A stretch of 24,739 nucleotides of DNA, from positions 1 to 24,739 of IMG/VR virus record IMGVR_UViG_3300027798_000212; one strand, given 5' to 3'. Position numbers and translations under genes: made by a program. How positions within the stretch are numbered: the first letter of the stretch is position 1; every line of letters begins with the position of its first letter. Under the pieces are notes generated by a model. It was not told the DNA's origin. It saw only the letters and a list, made by a program, of their open reading frames with translations, and ran no database searches. The stretch comes from a virus. Taxonomy: Duplodnaviria; Caudoviricetes. Shown here piece by piece: positions 1 to 8,973 of this stretch.

Positions 1-2
1 CT

Positions 3-3000
3 ACAGGAACTACTACCGCTGGTGGGTATACGGCACCGGCTGAGATGAAAACTCCCGGTGGTTATACGTACACGAACTATCAAAGCTTTACTCCGGAGAA
101 CGTATCGGGGACCAAGGCCCAAGTGACTGAGTTGTTTGCTGGCGCAACCAAGCAACAGCAATCCGAAGCGGATGCAATTCGTGCTGAGTACAACAAGGCT
201 GTGTCTACAGGTAATTGGGGTTTAGCTGGTCAGTTGAATGATCTGTTGAAACAGCAAGAGGCAGATGTCACTCGTTCTAAAGAAGACTTTACTGCAGCCT
301 CAAAGTACTTCACTGGCGCAGGCGGGGCGTATGAATTGCCTACAGGATTTCAGACGCGTCGTGAGGCGGACTACTTTAAGCAGCAGGGCCTTACTGGATA
401 CACCGGTCTGGACATAGGTTCTATTGGTTTTACTCCAGAGACTAAAGCTGATCCGTTTACGCAGGCTCTGTCACAGCAGCAAAAAGAATTCAACACGGCT
501 AACTCTATCTATGGCGAATTGTCAAAGCAGTTTGGCGCGACATCGGATATCGCAAAGAATTATTTTACTAGCGTAGTCACTCCGCAGAAGGAGCAGTACG
601 AGCAAATAAATAAAATGGCAGGCGATGTAGGCAAGGCTAATCTGTACGGAACGATTACAGGTGCTGCAGGGTACAAGGACTTCAGTCCGTTGAAGTTAGC
701 AGAGATACGTAACGAAGCGCAGACAACTGCGGCGTTTGCTCCGACCATTAAAACGTATGAGACTAATGTAGGCAAGCTAACAGCAGCCAGAGATCAAGCC
801 GATAGGTTAGGCCTAGGCGGCTATGCGTCGCAGTTAAATCAACTGTTGGACAAAGAGAATTCGCGATTAGATCAAGCCCGTGGTGCGCGGCAGTCCGCTA
901 TTGATCAGGCGCAACCTGATCCTATGCGTGACTTGATCTTGGGCAAGCAGATGGCGGCTCAGAAGATCACGGGCTTTACGGGAGTGGATTTACCTGATCA
1001 GGATTACTCTAGGTTAAATGCAGCACAGGCGTTTGATCCAGTTATTCAGCGACAGAACGCCGACTACCAAGCTGCGTTAGGAACGTACAACCAATTAAAA
1101 TCGTTGTATGGCGACAGGGCAGACATTACTAAGAACTTCTTTAGCGATGTGGTAACTCCACAGAAGCAGGAGCTGGATCAGGCTAACTTGATTAAGGCTA
1201 ACGCAAACTCTGCGCTAGGTTTTATTAACAAAGGCTACCCCGGGTATAGCACACCAAACATTGCCATCAGTGCAAAGACTACGGAAGACGGTGTTCGCGG
1301 TGTATTTAAAAATGCTCTCACAAACATCGACAACAGCGTTAGAGAGTTGGAAACAGCGATCTCTAAGTACGGCGACCAGACCGGTGTAGGTTATTACTCT
1401 GATGCGTTGCGTCGAAAAATTGATGCGGAGAACGCCAAGCGCGACCGAATCAATTCGGACATTGACATGTTCATCAATAAGATTCCGGGTCGAGCGAAGG
1501 GGTCACCTCCTGAAGGGGAGATAAGTAACCCAGTGGCAAAGATGGTGGCCGAGCAATCGCGGTCCAAGGATCAAGGCATGGATTCCAAGTCCAAGGCCAT
1601 GCTAAAAAAGTTCGCGGGGGGCGGTGAGGCGGTAGCTTCGTCGTCCCCCACGTCTCAAGAGTTCCCATTAAACGAAAAGCTCTACGCGACAGGCGAGGCA
1701 AGGTCGCTGGAGTCAACGGAGTTGCCGTTGATTGGGAAAGTCGCGAGATTTATTGAGAAGGGCAAAGCAGCACCGGAAGATGCTAAAGCAGCGATAAATT
1801 GGATTGCAAACAAATTGTCAGGCGTAAAAGAGGAAGTTAAGAAAGAGAGCAAGACCTACGGCAACAAAGGCGCAGCGATGGATATATTGAATCGCGGCCT
1901 AGTAACGGATTATCTGGGTAGCGCTGTTGATGTACCAAACGCGGTGCTTCAGGGTGCTGATTTCCTGCAGTCTAAAATTGCTAGGCTAAGTAAGCCTGAG
2001 TCGGTTATGGACCCAGAAGGAAAGCGCGTACCTAAATTCCCTCTGTCTACGGACAAACCGTATGCTGGCAAGGAAGCGTGGAACGAGGCTTTTAAGAAGT
2101 TGGGTGTTACATCAAATGTAGAACGTCCTATTGCTGAGACAGCGACATCCCTACTATTGCCCTTTGCACCTAGTGCAGCAATGAAGATAGGCAAGAAAGC
2201 ATTGAAAGAGTTAGGTCCAACAGCTGCGCGGATGATGGAAAAGCAGATGGAGCCGTATAACCTTTATGCAGTCAAGCCAGACGGCGGAACGTTTTTTCCA
2301 GAAGGATCAAACTCTGGGATAGATGAATATTTGGATAGGGTAGTTAAATACTTACCTACGACGCAAGGAGCGGCAACCGTAGCGGGAAAAGACATGGCAG
2401 ACGTTGCGGAGTTTATTCGTAAAAAAGGCCGTAAGTATTTCACCTCTGAGTACGGTACGGCGGACGATACGTTGCGTATAGCGGCAATGGATGGCCGTCT
2501 TCCTTTATACAATGAGGACAAAGAGTATTTTCGTGGATACGCACTTAAAGCAGCGCGTGACGATAGCGCTCCGGGAGGAATACTAAATCAAGATGCTGTT
2601 GATGCGCGAATGGATTTAGAAAGCCTCTATGACAAAAGAACAGGAATGGCTCCTTATGCGTTTTCGGAAACAGACGATGCGCTTGATCGGATGAATTTAA
2701 GAGACAGAGTAACCAACAAAATAAAAGAAAAAATGCTAGAGCAAGGTGTTTTGCCCGATCACGTAAATGTTCCGGGGATACAGCTGTATAAACCATCAGA
2801 CGCATCAAAAAGCTACACACCAGACCCAGCTAAAAAAATACTAAGCGCTAGACCCTTTCGTGGTGCAGCTCAAGGGCAGGGAGATATTGATAGATCGTTG
2901 CAATATGCTCTTAGCAATGAAGAACCTATTTATGACCTTAGTACATCCCCTTCGTTAGGCTTCTTAAACGATCGTAATGTAGCGGAAGGGATTATGACGA

Positions 3001-3611
3001 TTCCGGCAAAAGAACGAAATAACATGAGCTTTCCGGAAGCCATAATTAAAGGGGAAAAGAACTTAAAGTTTGAAAAAGATTGGCAACTAGTAGTTGCTCA
3101 GGCAAGAAAAGGAAAACCGTTGCCTAAGAAAACCTACATGGAGGGGACGGAACCTTTGTATAACGTAAATGATAAATCGGAATGGGTAAGAGTTGTAACA
3201 CCTAATGCAGTAGAGTTAGAAGGTGCAGCAATGGGTCATTCAGTAGGGGACTACAAAACAAAACTAGATTATGGACAAGGCGGCAAAGAGGCATTTAAGA
3301 ACGGAACTGCCCGTGTATTTTCTTTAAGAAATGACAAAGGAATACCTTCTCTTACTGTTGAAACTACGTTTAAGAATGACGAGTATAAGATTCATCAAGT
3401 CAAAAGTGTCTTTAATAGCGAACCTTCAACGGCAGAAAAGAAAATTATTTTTGAATTATTTGATAAGTTAAGACCCACTAAAGTGCATACTTTTGAAAAG
3501 TATCGCAGAACAAGGGCGGGGGAAGATATCCCAGAAGAGGACCAAATAAAACTAGATTGGTCTACTTTATACAACGACTATAAACTGTACAAGAATAAAG
3601 ACGGGGAATAA
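3..3611 (+). CDS. Large multidomain virion-associated (putative ejected/internal) protein, 5'-truncated; N-terminal helical repeats, central GG-motif linker, C-terminal PcfJ-like domain
   Basis: The frame is open from base 3 (TGTTTAGGYTAPAE-M) and there is no RBS before ATG 45, so the true start lies upstream. It has internal repeats with a ~190-200 aa period. The C-terminal LEGAAMGHSVGDY...G.ARVFSLRNDKGIPSLTVE resembles the PcfJ motif EG..M.HCV..Y...IFSLR...TIE. It lies directly upstream of the portal. Confidence 0.7.
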   Translation, partial: TGTTTAGGYTAPAEMKTPGGYTYTNYQSFTPENVSGTKAQVTELFAGATKQQQSEADAIRAEYNKAVSTGNWGLAGQLNDLLKQQEADVTRSKEDFTAASKYFTGAGGAYELPTGFQTRREADYFKQQGLTGYTGLDIGSIGFTPETKADPFTQALSQQQKEFNTANSIYGELSKQFGATSDIAKNYFTSVVTPQKEQYEQINKMAGDVGKANLYGTITGAAGYKDFSPLKLAEIRNEAQTTAAFAPTIKTYETNVGKLTAARDQADRLGLGGYASQLNQLLDKENSRLDQARGARQSAIDQAQPDPMRDLILGKQMAAQKITGFTGVDLPDQDYSRLNAAQAFDPVIQRQNADYQAALGTYNQLKSLYGDRADITKNFFSDVVTPQKQELDQANLIKANANSALGFINKGYPGYSTPNIAISAKTTEDGVRGVFKNALTNIDNSVRELETAISKYGDQTGVGYYSDALRRKIDAENAKRDRINSDIDMFINKIPGRAKGSPPEGEISNPVAKMVAEQSRSKDQGMDSKSKAMLKKFAGGGEAVASSSPTSQEFPLNEKLYATGEARSLESTELPLIGKVARFIEKGKAAPEDAKAAINWIANKLSGVKEEVKKESKTYGNKGAAMDILNRGLVTDYLGSAVDVPNAVLQGADFLQSKIARLSKPESVMDPEGKRVPKFPLSTDKPYAGKEAWNEAFKKLGVTSNVERPIAETATSLLLPFAPSAAMKIGKKALKELGPTAARMMEKQMEPYNLYAVKPDGGTFFPEGSNSGIDEYLDRVVKYLPTTQGAATVAGKDMADVAEFIRKKGRKYFTSEYGTADDTLRIAAMDGRLPLYNEDKEYFRGYALKAARDDSAPGGILNQDAVDARMDLESLYDKRTGMAPYAFSETDDALDRMNLRDRVTNKIKEKMLEQGVLPDHVNVPGIQLYKPSDASKSYTPDPAKKILSARPFRGAAQGQGDIDRSLQYALSNEEPIYDLSTSPSLGFLNDRNVAEGIMTIPAKERNNMSFPEAIIKGEKNLKFEKDWQLVVAQARKGKPLPKKTYMEGTEPLYNVNDKSEWVRVVTPNAVELEGAAMGHSVGDYKTKLDYGQGGKEAFKNGTARVFSLRNDKGIPSLTVETTFKNDEYKIHQVKSVFNSEPSTAEKKIIFELFDKLRPTKVHTFEKYRRTRAGEDIPEEDQIKLDWSTLYNDYKLYKNKDGE

Positions 3612-3613
3612 CA

Positions 3614-5977
3614 ATGCCAGTAGATAAAATCGTTAACGAAGCACCAAGGACTAGTGTTGAACTAGACATGGAAGACATGCCTGATGTAGAGGTCATTCTG
3701 GAAGAGGATGGTGGTGCTACGGTTGAGATTGGCGACGACGATATGGAAGTGGACTTCTATGCCAACCTAGCGGAGTTGGTAGAAGAGGACGAGCGCAGCC
3801 GTATCTCACGTGAGCTGATGGCATTGTTTGAGGCGGATAAGTCTTCCAGAGAGGATTGGGAGCAGATGTATGCCAAGGGCCTTGATCTGTTAGGCATGAA
3901 GATCGAGGAGCGCACCAAGCCATTCCGTGGAGCGGCTGGCGCAGCGCATCCATTGCTAATGGAAGGCGTTGTGCAGTTCCAAGCACAGGCGTTGAAGGAA
4001 CTTTTGCCTGCCGGTGGCCCTGTTCGTACACAGATTGTAGGTAAAGAAACGCTGGACAAGGTACAGCAAGCCTCGCGCGTGCAGGACTTTATGAATTACC
4101 AGATCACAACGGTGATGGAAGAGTACACACCGGAGTTTGATCAGATGCTTTTCTACCTTGGCTACGGTGGATCGGCGTTCAAGAAGGTCTATTACGACCG
4201 TCAATTGCAAAGAATGGTCAGTCGATTAGTACTTCCTGACAGTCTTTTCATTCCGTATAACGGCTCATCCGTCATGTCGCAGTGTAATCGCATCACACAC
4301 GCTGTCGCGATGCCAATTAATGAGTTCAGAAAGCGCGTAGCAGATGGCGAATACCTTGATTTTGACATTCAGGGTGAGCGTTCTCCGCCGGACGCGGATC
4401 AAATTCAAGACGCAACCAACAAACAGACCGGTTTAAACCCTTCTGAGCAGGACGAAGAAGTATTTTTGCTTGAATTTACGGTGGATTGGGACCTTCTGGG
4501 CTTTGAAGATGTTGACGAAGACAACGAGCCTACAGGAATCTGCTATCCCTACGTTATTACAGTAGATCAAACCAGTGGTCAGGTGGTCGGAATTCGTCGC
4601 AACTGGAAAGAAGGCGATGAAAAGAAGAGTAAGACAAACTATTACGTGCATTATGTGTTTGTCCAAGGCATGGGCGCGTATGGTTTAGGCTTAATTCACC
4701 TAATTGGCGGCTTAACGAAAGCGGCTACGTCTGCAATGCGTCAGTTGTTGGACGCGGGAACGCTCTCTAACCTGCCTGCAGGCTTCAAGGCCAAAGGCGC
4801 GCGGATCGCGGACACGGATAATCCAATCCAGCCGGGTGAATGGCGCGATATCGATGCAGGTGGCGCGGAACTTTCAGCGACATTACTGCCATTGCCGTAC
4901 AAAGAACCGAGCCAAACGCTGTTTTCATTGCTGGGCTTTTTGGTTGAAGCGGGTCGGCGCTTGGCGAGCATTGCAGACATGCAGGTGGGCGAAGGCAATC
5001 AGATGGCGGCAGTGGGTACAACCATTGCGCTCTTGGAAAAAGGCTCTGCAGTCATGTCCGCGATTCATAAACGGATGCACTACGCGCAGAAACTGGAGTT
5101 CCAGTTACTTGCTCAGGGCTTTGGTGAGTATTTGCCGGACGAGTATCCGTATGATGTCCCCGGAGCGTCGCGCAAAATCAAGAAGGCAGACTTCGACAAC
5201 ATGGTTGCCGTGTTGCCTGTTGCGGACCCCAACATATTTTCAGCTGCACAGCGCATTACGTTAGCGCAAACACAGTTGCAGTTGGCACAGAGTGCGCCGC
5301 AGATGCACAACATGTACGAAGCGTATTATCGCGTGTATGCCGCAATGAACATAAGGGACATTGATGGTATTCTGCGGCCACAAGCTAACCAGATGCCGAA
5401 AGACCCCGCACAGGAAAATGCGGATGTGATGGACATGATGGAGTTAAAGGTATTTGCAGGTCAGCAGCATGACGCACATGTCTTGTCCCATCTGATTATG
5501 GGTATGGCACCTACTGTACAAGCAAACCCACAGGCAGCGATTCTGCTTCAAAAGCATATATTGCATCACATACACATGCAGGCAGAAGAGGATGTAGCAG
5601 CAGAGCTGTACAAACAATACGGCTCTGATCCGGACAGGCTCGTTTCTGATATTCAACGCGAAGGCATGATAGCGGTTGCTGTTGCGCAAGGTTTAATGAA
5701 GCTAAGAGAGACACAGAATCAGTTAAGTGGTGCAGGTCCTGATCCGCTTATAGCGTTGAAAGAGACAGAGATTAAGCAACGCGGTCAGATAGATCAAGCA
5801 CGTCTACAAATGGATGATAAGCGCTTGCAGTTAGATGCTGAGAAAATGAAACAGCAGCGTATGGCTAATCAAGAACGTGTTCAGTCGCAAGAAGATATTG
5901 CTGAATTACGCGCAACGGTTACCCGTGAGCGTTTTTCACAACCACCTAAAGCACCCGGAGGCTCAAATGCCACTTAA
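3614..5977 (+). CDS. Portal protein (P22-like, with long C-terminal coiled-coil barrel)
   Basis: 787 aa. Motifs SREDWE, HPLLMEGVVQFQAQA, GSAFKKVYYD, YGLGLIHLIGG, RQLLDAGTLSNLPAGFK and SAIHKRMHYAQ are typical of podovirus-type portals. It has a Q/E/R-rich helical tail and sits before the scaffold and capsid genes. Confidence 0.88.
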   Translation: MPVDKIVNEAPRTSVELDMEDMPDVEVILEEDGGATVEIGDDDMEVDFYANLAELVEEDERSRISRELMALFEADKSSREDWEQMYAKGLDLLGMKIEERTKPFRGAAGAAHPLLMEGVVQFQAQALKELLPAGGPVRTQIVGKETLDKVQQASRVQDFMNYQITTVMEEYTPEFDQMLFYLGYGGSAFKKVYYDRQLQRMVSRLVLPDSLFIPYNGSSVMSQCNRITHAVAMPINEFRKRVADGEYLDFDIQGERSPPDADQIQDATNKQTGLNPSEQDEEVFLLEFTVDWDLLGFEDVDEDNEPTGICYPYVITVDQTSGQVVGIRRNWKEGDEKKSKTNYYVHYVFVQGMGAYGLGLIHLIGGLTKAATSAMRQLLDAGTLSNLPAGFKAKGARIADTDNPIQPGEWRDIDAGGAELSATLLPLPYKEPSQTLFSLLGFLVEAGRRLASIADMQVGEGNQMAAVGTTIALLEKGSAVMSAIHKRMHYAQKLEFQLLAQGFGEYLPDEYPYDVPGASRKIKKADFDNMVAVLPVADPNIFSAAQRITLAQTQLQLAQSAPQMHNMYEAYYRVYAAMNIRDIDGILRPQANQMPKDPAQENADVMDMMELKVFAGQQHDAHVLSHLIMGMAPTVQANPQAAILLQKHILHHIHMQAEEDVAAELYKQYGSDPDRLVSDIQREGMIAVAVAQGLMKLRETQNQLSGAGPDPLIALKETEIKQRGQIDQARLQMDDKRLQLDAEKMKQQRMANQERVQSQEDIAELRATVTRERFSQPPKAPGGSNAT

Positions 5978-6215
5978 AAAAGGTAAAAGCAAGATGACCA
6001 TTAGCTCCAATATTGGCGAGATGGTCGGAGCGTTTAAGAAGACAGGGAAGATTGGTACGAGTGCGCCCAAGAGCAAGAAAGCCGCTGTTAAGCAGGCTGC
6101 GGCAATTGCTTACGAGAGTGCGGGGAAAACAAAGCCTATGAAAAAAGGTGGCGTGATGGGTCCTGTGCGCGAGGTTTACCGTAAGGATGCCTTTAACAAA
6201 GTTAAGATTTATTGA
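5967..6215 (+). CDS. Small basic protein (82 aa, MPLKKGKS...) with KKGG motif; possible internal DNA-binding virion protein
   Basis: Start re-called to ATG 5967, which follows GGAGG (5957-5961), rather than track start 5877. Lys-rich; overlaps the portal stop. Confidence 0.75.
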   Translation: MPLKKGKSKMTISSNIGEMVGAFKKTGKIGTSAPKSKKAAVKQAAAIAYESAGKTKPMKKGGVMGPVREVYRKDAFNKVKIY

Positions 6216-6220
6216 TTTTT

Positions 6221-6274
6221 AAGCCCTCCTGACGGTGGCTTTAAACCGTCTGCTTCTCATGGGAAATAACCATG
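6221..6274 (+). promoter_or_regulatory. Structured intergenic leader: hairpin with possible pseudoknot plus hairpin sequestering start codon
   Basis: GACGGT(6231-36) pairs with ACCGTC(6245-50). Loop GGCTT(6237-41) is complementary to AAGCC(6221-25). CATGG(6258-62) pairs with CCATG(6270-74), which includes ATG 6272. Confidence 0.45.
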
Positions 6275-6460
6275 CTTACTTTTACAGAGTCGCTCTTAAA
6301 AGAGCTAAAGACTTTGCAAGAAGACACAATGGGTCATGTGTTATCTGGGAGTATTCCAGATATGGAACGTTACAAGTTCTTAATGGGCCGTTTGGAGGGT
6401 TTGAGATTGGCAGTTGACGCTGTCAAGGAGTTGGCAGAGAAACATTTTGCCGATGATTAA
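6272..6460 (+). CDS. Small helical hypothetical protein (62 aa)
   Basis: Fills the gap between neighbouring genes; amphipathic helical pattern (MERYKFLMGRLEGLRLAVDAVKELAEK). Confidence 0.75.
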   Translation: MLTFTESLLKELKTLQEDTMGHVLSGSIPDMERYKFLMGRLEGLRLAVDAVKELAEKHFADD

Positions 6461-6475
6461 CCCAAAGGAGGACTA

Positions 6476-6946
6476 ATGGAAGCTGTAGCGGAAGAAAACC
6501 TGACTGCATTACAACGTAAATGGCAAGAACAAGAGGAGAACTTGTCCTCTATTGAAAATGCGTTTACGGAAGACGGAAATATTGATGTTGAGAACTTAGA
6601 AAAAAACATCATGGCTCACTTGCCGACCCCAACGGGCTGGCGGATTGCCCTTTTGCCCTATCGCGGAGCTAAACGCTCTAGAGGCGGTATTGAATTAGCA
6701 GAAGAAACCCAGAAGAAGACGCAATTAGCTACGACGTGTGGCTATGTGTTGCGCATGGGTGACTTGGCTTACATGGATCAGAGCAAGTTTCCTAACGGTC
6801 CGTGGTGCAAGGAAGGTGATTGGGTCATTTTTGGCCGTTATGCAGGCTCTCGTATACCGATTGATGGTGGCGAGATACGGTTTCTTAACGATGATGAGAT
6901 TTTGGGCACTGTAGCAGACCCAAAAGACATCTTACACATGTACTAG
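6476..6946 (+). CDS. groES: GroES/Cpn10-like co-chaperonin with acidic N-terminal extension
   Basis: PTGWRIALLP, mobile loop SRGGIELAE, VLRMG, KEGDWVIFGRYAGSRI and RFLNDDEILG match the Cpn10 pattern (PL.DRV / T.GGI.LP / GD.V.F.KYAG.E / E.DILA). RBS AAGGAGG. Confidence 0.9.
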   Translation: MEAVAEENLTALQRKWQEQEENLSSIENAFTEDGNIDVENLEKNIMAHLPTPTGWRIALLPYRGAKRSRGGIELAEETQKKTQLATTCGYVLRMGDLAYMDQSKFPNGPWCKEGDWVIFGRYAGSRIPIDGGEIRFLNDDEILGTVADPKDILHMY

Positions 6947-6955
6947 GAGGGGAAA

Positions 6956-7870
6956 ATGTCAACAGAACAACTTGAATTTGATATTGGTGACAATGAAGAA
7001 GCTACTACGGTAGAGATGAACGAAGATGGCTCAGACGCCGAGGTAACGGGCGTAGAAGAAGCACCAGAGGTAAGAGTAGAGGGCAATAAACAATCGGTTG
7101 AACTGGATAAGTACAACGATTCGGTCAAAAAGCGCATAGACAAGCTTACTGCTCGTCTGCGTGAGACAGAACGTCGGGAAACGGCTGCGTTAGATTACGC
7201 TAAGAGCGTTCAACAGAAGGCGCAAGAGCTGGAAAGACGTTTCCACGTAACCGATACGGAGCGTTTAACTGAGGCAAGAGGTCGTGTAGAGACTCAAGCT
7301 GCTGCGCTGAAGGCTGTTATCAGACAAGCAAGAGAAGAAGGCGATATTGATACGGAGACTGAGGCGCAAGAGCGTTTGACCTCTATCCTGATGGATCAGC
7401 GTCAGATCGCTGCAGCTTCTGCCCAACGCCAGCAACAAACGGAGGTTTATGTTGCCCAGCAACAGCGGCAGCAAGAACAGCCGCAACAAACGCAACAGCG
7501 ACCACGTGCGCCAGACCCTCGAGCAGAGGAGTGGGCGGAGAAAAATGAGTGGTACGGCGTTGATGCGGTGATGACGAATGCGGTTCAGGCAGTACACATG
7601 CAATTAGTGGTTAACGAGAAGTTTGACCCGGAGAGCGATGAGTATTATTATGAGCTCGATAATCGCATGAGTGAGTACTTTCCGCACAAGCTAGGAAAAC
7701 CGCGACAATCTTCCAGAGTCAATCGGCCAGCGCATCCGGTTGCACCTGCAACCCGTTCTTCGGGAGTAAATAATGCGCGCCGCTCTGTCCGGCTTACGCC
7801 GAGTCAGGTAGCTATTGCTAAAAAATTGGGTGTTCCGCTTGAGGAATATGCCAAATATGTAAAGGATTAA
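6956..7870 (+). CDS. Capsid scaffolding protein
   Basis: Acidic N-terminus, long coiled coil, Q-rich linker and a short C-terminal helical module (VRLTPSQVAIAKKLGVPLEEYAKYVK). Located between portal and capsid. RBS AGGAGG. Confidence 0.75.
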   Translation: MSTEQLEFDIGDNEEATTVEMNEDGSDAEVTGVEEAPEVRVEGNKQSVELDKYNDSVKKRIDKLTARLRETERRETAALDYAKSVQQKAQELERRFHVTDTERLTEARGRVETQAAALKAVIRQAREEGDIDTETEAQERLTSILMDQRQIAAASAQRQQQTEVYVAQQQRQQEQPQQTQQRPRAPDPRAEEWAEKNEWYGVDAVMTNAVQAVHMQLVVNEKFDPESDEYYYELDNRMSEYFPHKLGKPRQSSRVNRPAHPVAPATRSSGVNNARRSVRLTPSQVAIAKKLGVPLEEYAKYVKD

Positions 7871-7874
7871 GACC

Positions 7875-8354
7875 ATGGACAAAATCGACATACCTAGTTT
7901 GAATCGTAGTTCACGCAAGTCTGAGACTCGCGAGATGGCTACGCGTCGTAGACCTTGGGCTCCTCCTTCCAAATTGGATGCGCCTGCTGCGCCTCCGGGA
8001 TACAAACACCGTTGGATTCGCGCCGAAGCTGGCGGAGTAGATGATCGTATCAATGTTTCTTCTCGCCTACGAGAAGGATACGAACTAGTCCGTGCAGATG
8101 AATATCCTGATTTCGTGAACGGCGGTGATGAGACAAACCGACATGCCGGTATTATCGGCGTGGGAAGTTTGCTTCTTGCTCGTATTCCAGAAGAGACGGT
8201 AGCGGAGCGAAATGCATATTACGCCTCGCGCACCCGTGATCAAATGCAATCTGTAGACAATGATCTAATGAAGTCGAATGCGCATGACACTATGCGTATT
8301 AACCGACCTACTAGACAGTCTAAAACGGTTTTTGGAAGTCCAAAAATTGATTAG
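7875..8354 (+). CDS. Conserved phage head-module hypothetical protein
   Basis: 159 aa ORF with WAPPSKLDAP.PPGYKHRWIR and LREGYELVRA motifs, in the operon between scaffold and capsid. Confidence 0.7.
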   Translation: MDKIDIPSLNRSSRKSETREMATRRRPWAPPSKLDAPAAPPGYKHRWIRAEAGGVDDRINVSSRLREGYELVRADEYPDFVNGGDETNRHAGIIGVGSLLLARIPEETVAERNAYYASRTRDQMQSVDNDLMKSNAHDTMRINRPTRQSKTVFGSPKID

Positions 8355-8378
8355 TAAACTTTTTTAAGGAATAGACAA

Positions 8379-8960
8379 ATGGCAAACGTTGATAAAGCCT
8401 ATGGTCTGCGTCCTCTTGGCAATCTATCTGCTACAGGTGGTCAGAAGCAGTATGGATATGTTATTCAGGATAATCAGGCTGGCGCTATCTTTCAAGGCGA
8501 CTTAGTCACCTTGGTAGCTGGTTTTCTTGTTAAATACGTTAGTGGCACTCATGCTACTGCAGTTGGTGTATTTAACGGTGTTAACTACACTGATCCAACT
8601 ACAGGCAAGCCAACTTGGAAGAACTACTATCCGGGTTCGGTGAACATTACTTCAGGCCAGATTATGGCGGAAGTGCTTGATGATCCTAGTCAGCTTTATG
8701 TAGTTCAGGCTGATGAAGACATTGTTCAGGCTGATATTGGTCAAAATGCAGCGGTTACCTCCACTGCAGGCAGCACGGTTAATGGTCTTTCTGCAATGGA
8801 ACTGGATTCGTCCACCATTACGACTACTAATACTCTGGTCCTAAAGATTGTTGGCCTGTATAACGCGCCCAACAATGCGTTAGGTGAAAACTTCACCCAA
8901 GTGGTTGTAAAGATCAATGCGCATCAATACAGCAGCATTGGTGTTGCTGGCCTAACTTAA
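8379..8960 (+). CDS. Putative capsid decoration/cement protein
   Basis: 193 aa, beta-rich small-residue composition (AIFQGDLV, VGVFNGV.Y, DDPSQLYVVQAD). Immediately upstream of the MCP, RBS TAAGGA. Confidence 0.6.
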   Translation: MANVDKAYGLRPLGNLSATGGQKQYGYVIQDNQAGAIFQGDLVTLVAGFLVKYVSGTHATAVGVFNGVNYTDPTTGKPTWKNYYPGSVNITSGQIMAEVLDDPSQLYVVQADEDIVQADIGQNAAVTSTAGSTVNGLSAMELDSSTITTTNTLVLKIVGLYNAPNNALGENFTQVVVKINAHQYSSIGVAGLT

Positions 8961-8973
8961 TAGGAGCTAAATC

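Noticed and set aside
45-3611. Terminase large subunit or tape measure protein call for ORF1 based on position and size
   Set aside because: No Walker A/B or nuclease motifs, and no tail tube or tail chaperone genes are nearby.
5877-5966. Track start at 5877 (and likewise 17236) for the small genes
   Set aside because: Downstream ATGs at 5967 and 17290 have good SD sequences and avoid long overlaps.
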